Assembly: GCA_963826275.1 (NCBI GenBank)
Contig: CAWGWI010000006.1
Span: forward strand, 68,770-132,769
DNA: 64,000 nt
Direction: 5' to 3'
From: Terriglobia bacterium
GTDB lineage: Bacteria; Acidobacteriota; Terriglobia; Terriglobales; Acidobacteriaceae
A model generated the notes under the pieces. That model had not been told where the DNA came from. It saw only the letters and a list, made by a program, of their open reading frames with translations, and searched no databases. Below are positions 63,170-64,000 of the stretch, piece by piece; position 1 is the first letter of the stretch, and every line of letters starts with the position of its first letter. The position numbers and the translations under genes were made by a program.

Positions 63170-64000
63170 TTACCCCAGTGGGCTCCGCTCCACCTCTTCC
63201 GTATCCATCGCGGACGGAGAGGAGTCCGTAGGTTCGCCACGAAACAGATATCGCAATACGAGTGGTGCCACCAGCGTCGTGACAGCGGTCATAATGATCA
63301 CCACCGCATAGGCCTGCTGCGAAATCACGTTCATCTGCAAGCCGATCAGGGCGACAATGAGCGCGACTTCGCCTCGGGGAGTCATCCCCACGCCCACCTG
63401 CCATGCGGTGCGCTGTCCTTCGACCAGCACTGGAAGTCCGCAGCCCACCACCTTCGAAACGATCGCCAGCACGGAAATCACGGCGGCATCGATCAAGACC
63501 TCCCGGTTGAAGGCCGAAAGATCGAGCCGCGATCCCATAATGAAGAAGAAAAACGGTGCAAGAAATTCGTTGATGGCGTGCGCTCGCGGCGCGAGTCCCC
63601 ACTCCGGCGCGTAGTCGGCGAAGACGAGTCCTGCGAAAAACGCTCCGATAATCGCCGCCATGCCGATCTTGGTAGCAGCCACCGACAGCCCAAGGCAAAT
63701 CGCGAGTGCCAGGATCAACGGTGCATCGTGTGTGGACATGCGTTCCACACCCGGGCGCATGCCGCGCACGATGTGGGGGCCGATGAAAATCATGAAGAAC
63801 GCGAAGCCCAATGCCTCTGCGATCAGGATCCCGATATGTAGCCACTGTACGTGACCGCCGCTGGCAACACCCGTAACCACGGTGAGCACGACCATGCCGA
63901 GAATGTCGTCGAAAACCGCCGCTCCCAGGATGATCTTGGCTGGGCGCGTATTCAGCGCGTCCAGGTCGCTCAGCACCCGGGCGGTGATTCCAACGCTGGT
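63170..64000 (-). CDS. Cation:proton antiporter (CPA2 / Kef-NhaP-type), 5-prime end outside the window
   Basis: Polytopic membrane sequence typical of the Na_H_exchanger family (GAAVFDDILGMVVL..., GAFFAGLVF..., MTPRGEVALIVA). The ORF runs off the window edge. Confidence 0.8.
   Translation of the reverse strand, partial: TSVGITARVLSDLDALNTRPAKIILGAAVFDDILGMVVLTVVTGVASGGHVQWLHIGILIAEALGFAFFMIFIGPHIVRGMRPGVERMSTHDAPLILALAICLGLSVAATKIGMAAIIGAFFAGLVFADYAPEWGLAPRAHAINEFLAPFFFFIMGSRLDLSAFNREVLIDAAVISVLAIVSKVVGCGLPVLVEGQRTAWQVGVGMTPRGEVALIVALIGLQMNVISQQAYAVVIIMTAVTTLVAPLVLRYLFRGEPTDSSPSAMDTEEVERSPLG

Overview
High-GC bacterial chromosomal segment. Gene content, Tat/Sec-signal glycosidases, DUF families and intergenic repeat families suggest Acidobacteriota, but that is inference only. 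I can support about 55 protein-coding genes, one tRNA, several intrinsic terminators and several repeat families. There is no rRNA, CRISPR array, transposase or integrase. Housekeeping content includes phosphoketolase, PBP1A, RecG, DNA polymerase I, 2-oxoacid dehydrogenase E1-beta and E2, HU, a GH57 glucan enzyme, a DnaC-like loader, an M13 peptidase, an MltD-like lytic transglycosylase and a Cys/Met PLP enzyme. The most unusual region is a 5.7-kb phage-derived mini-island at about 33.55-39.26 kb. A CI/LexA-type S24 repressor diverges from operons encoding a Zn-ribbon protein, a sigma-like factor, a CX5R phosphatase, an orphan large terminase and a truncated HipA-like kinase. It has no portal, capsid, tail or integrase genes. 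Other points worth a second look: (1) intergenic inverted arrays of a 7-bp unit (TTAGCNN / NNGCTAA) at four or more loci, two of which bracket the terminase cassette; (2) an AmgK-like kinase fused to a RapZ C-terminal domain and coupled to a MurU-like gene; (3) an S41 peptidase homologue that appears to lack both catalytic dyad residues; (4) a near-perfect 190-bp tandem duplication that truncates a POTRA-domain gene; (5) four to five single-nucleotide frameshifts in otherwise well-conserved genes, which most likely reflect assembly quality. All family assignments come from motif recognition by eye and memory. No searches were run.
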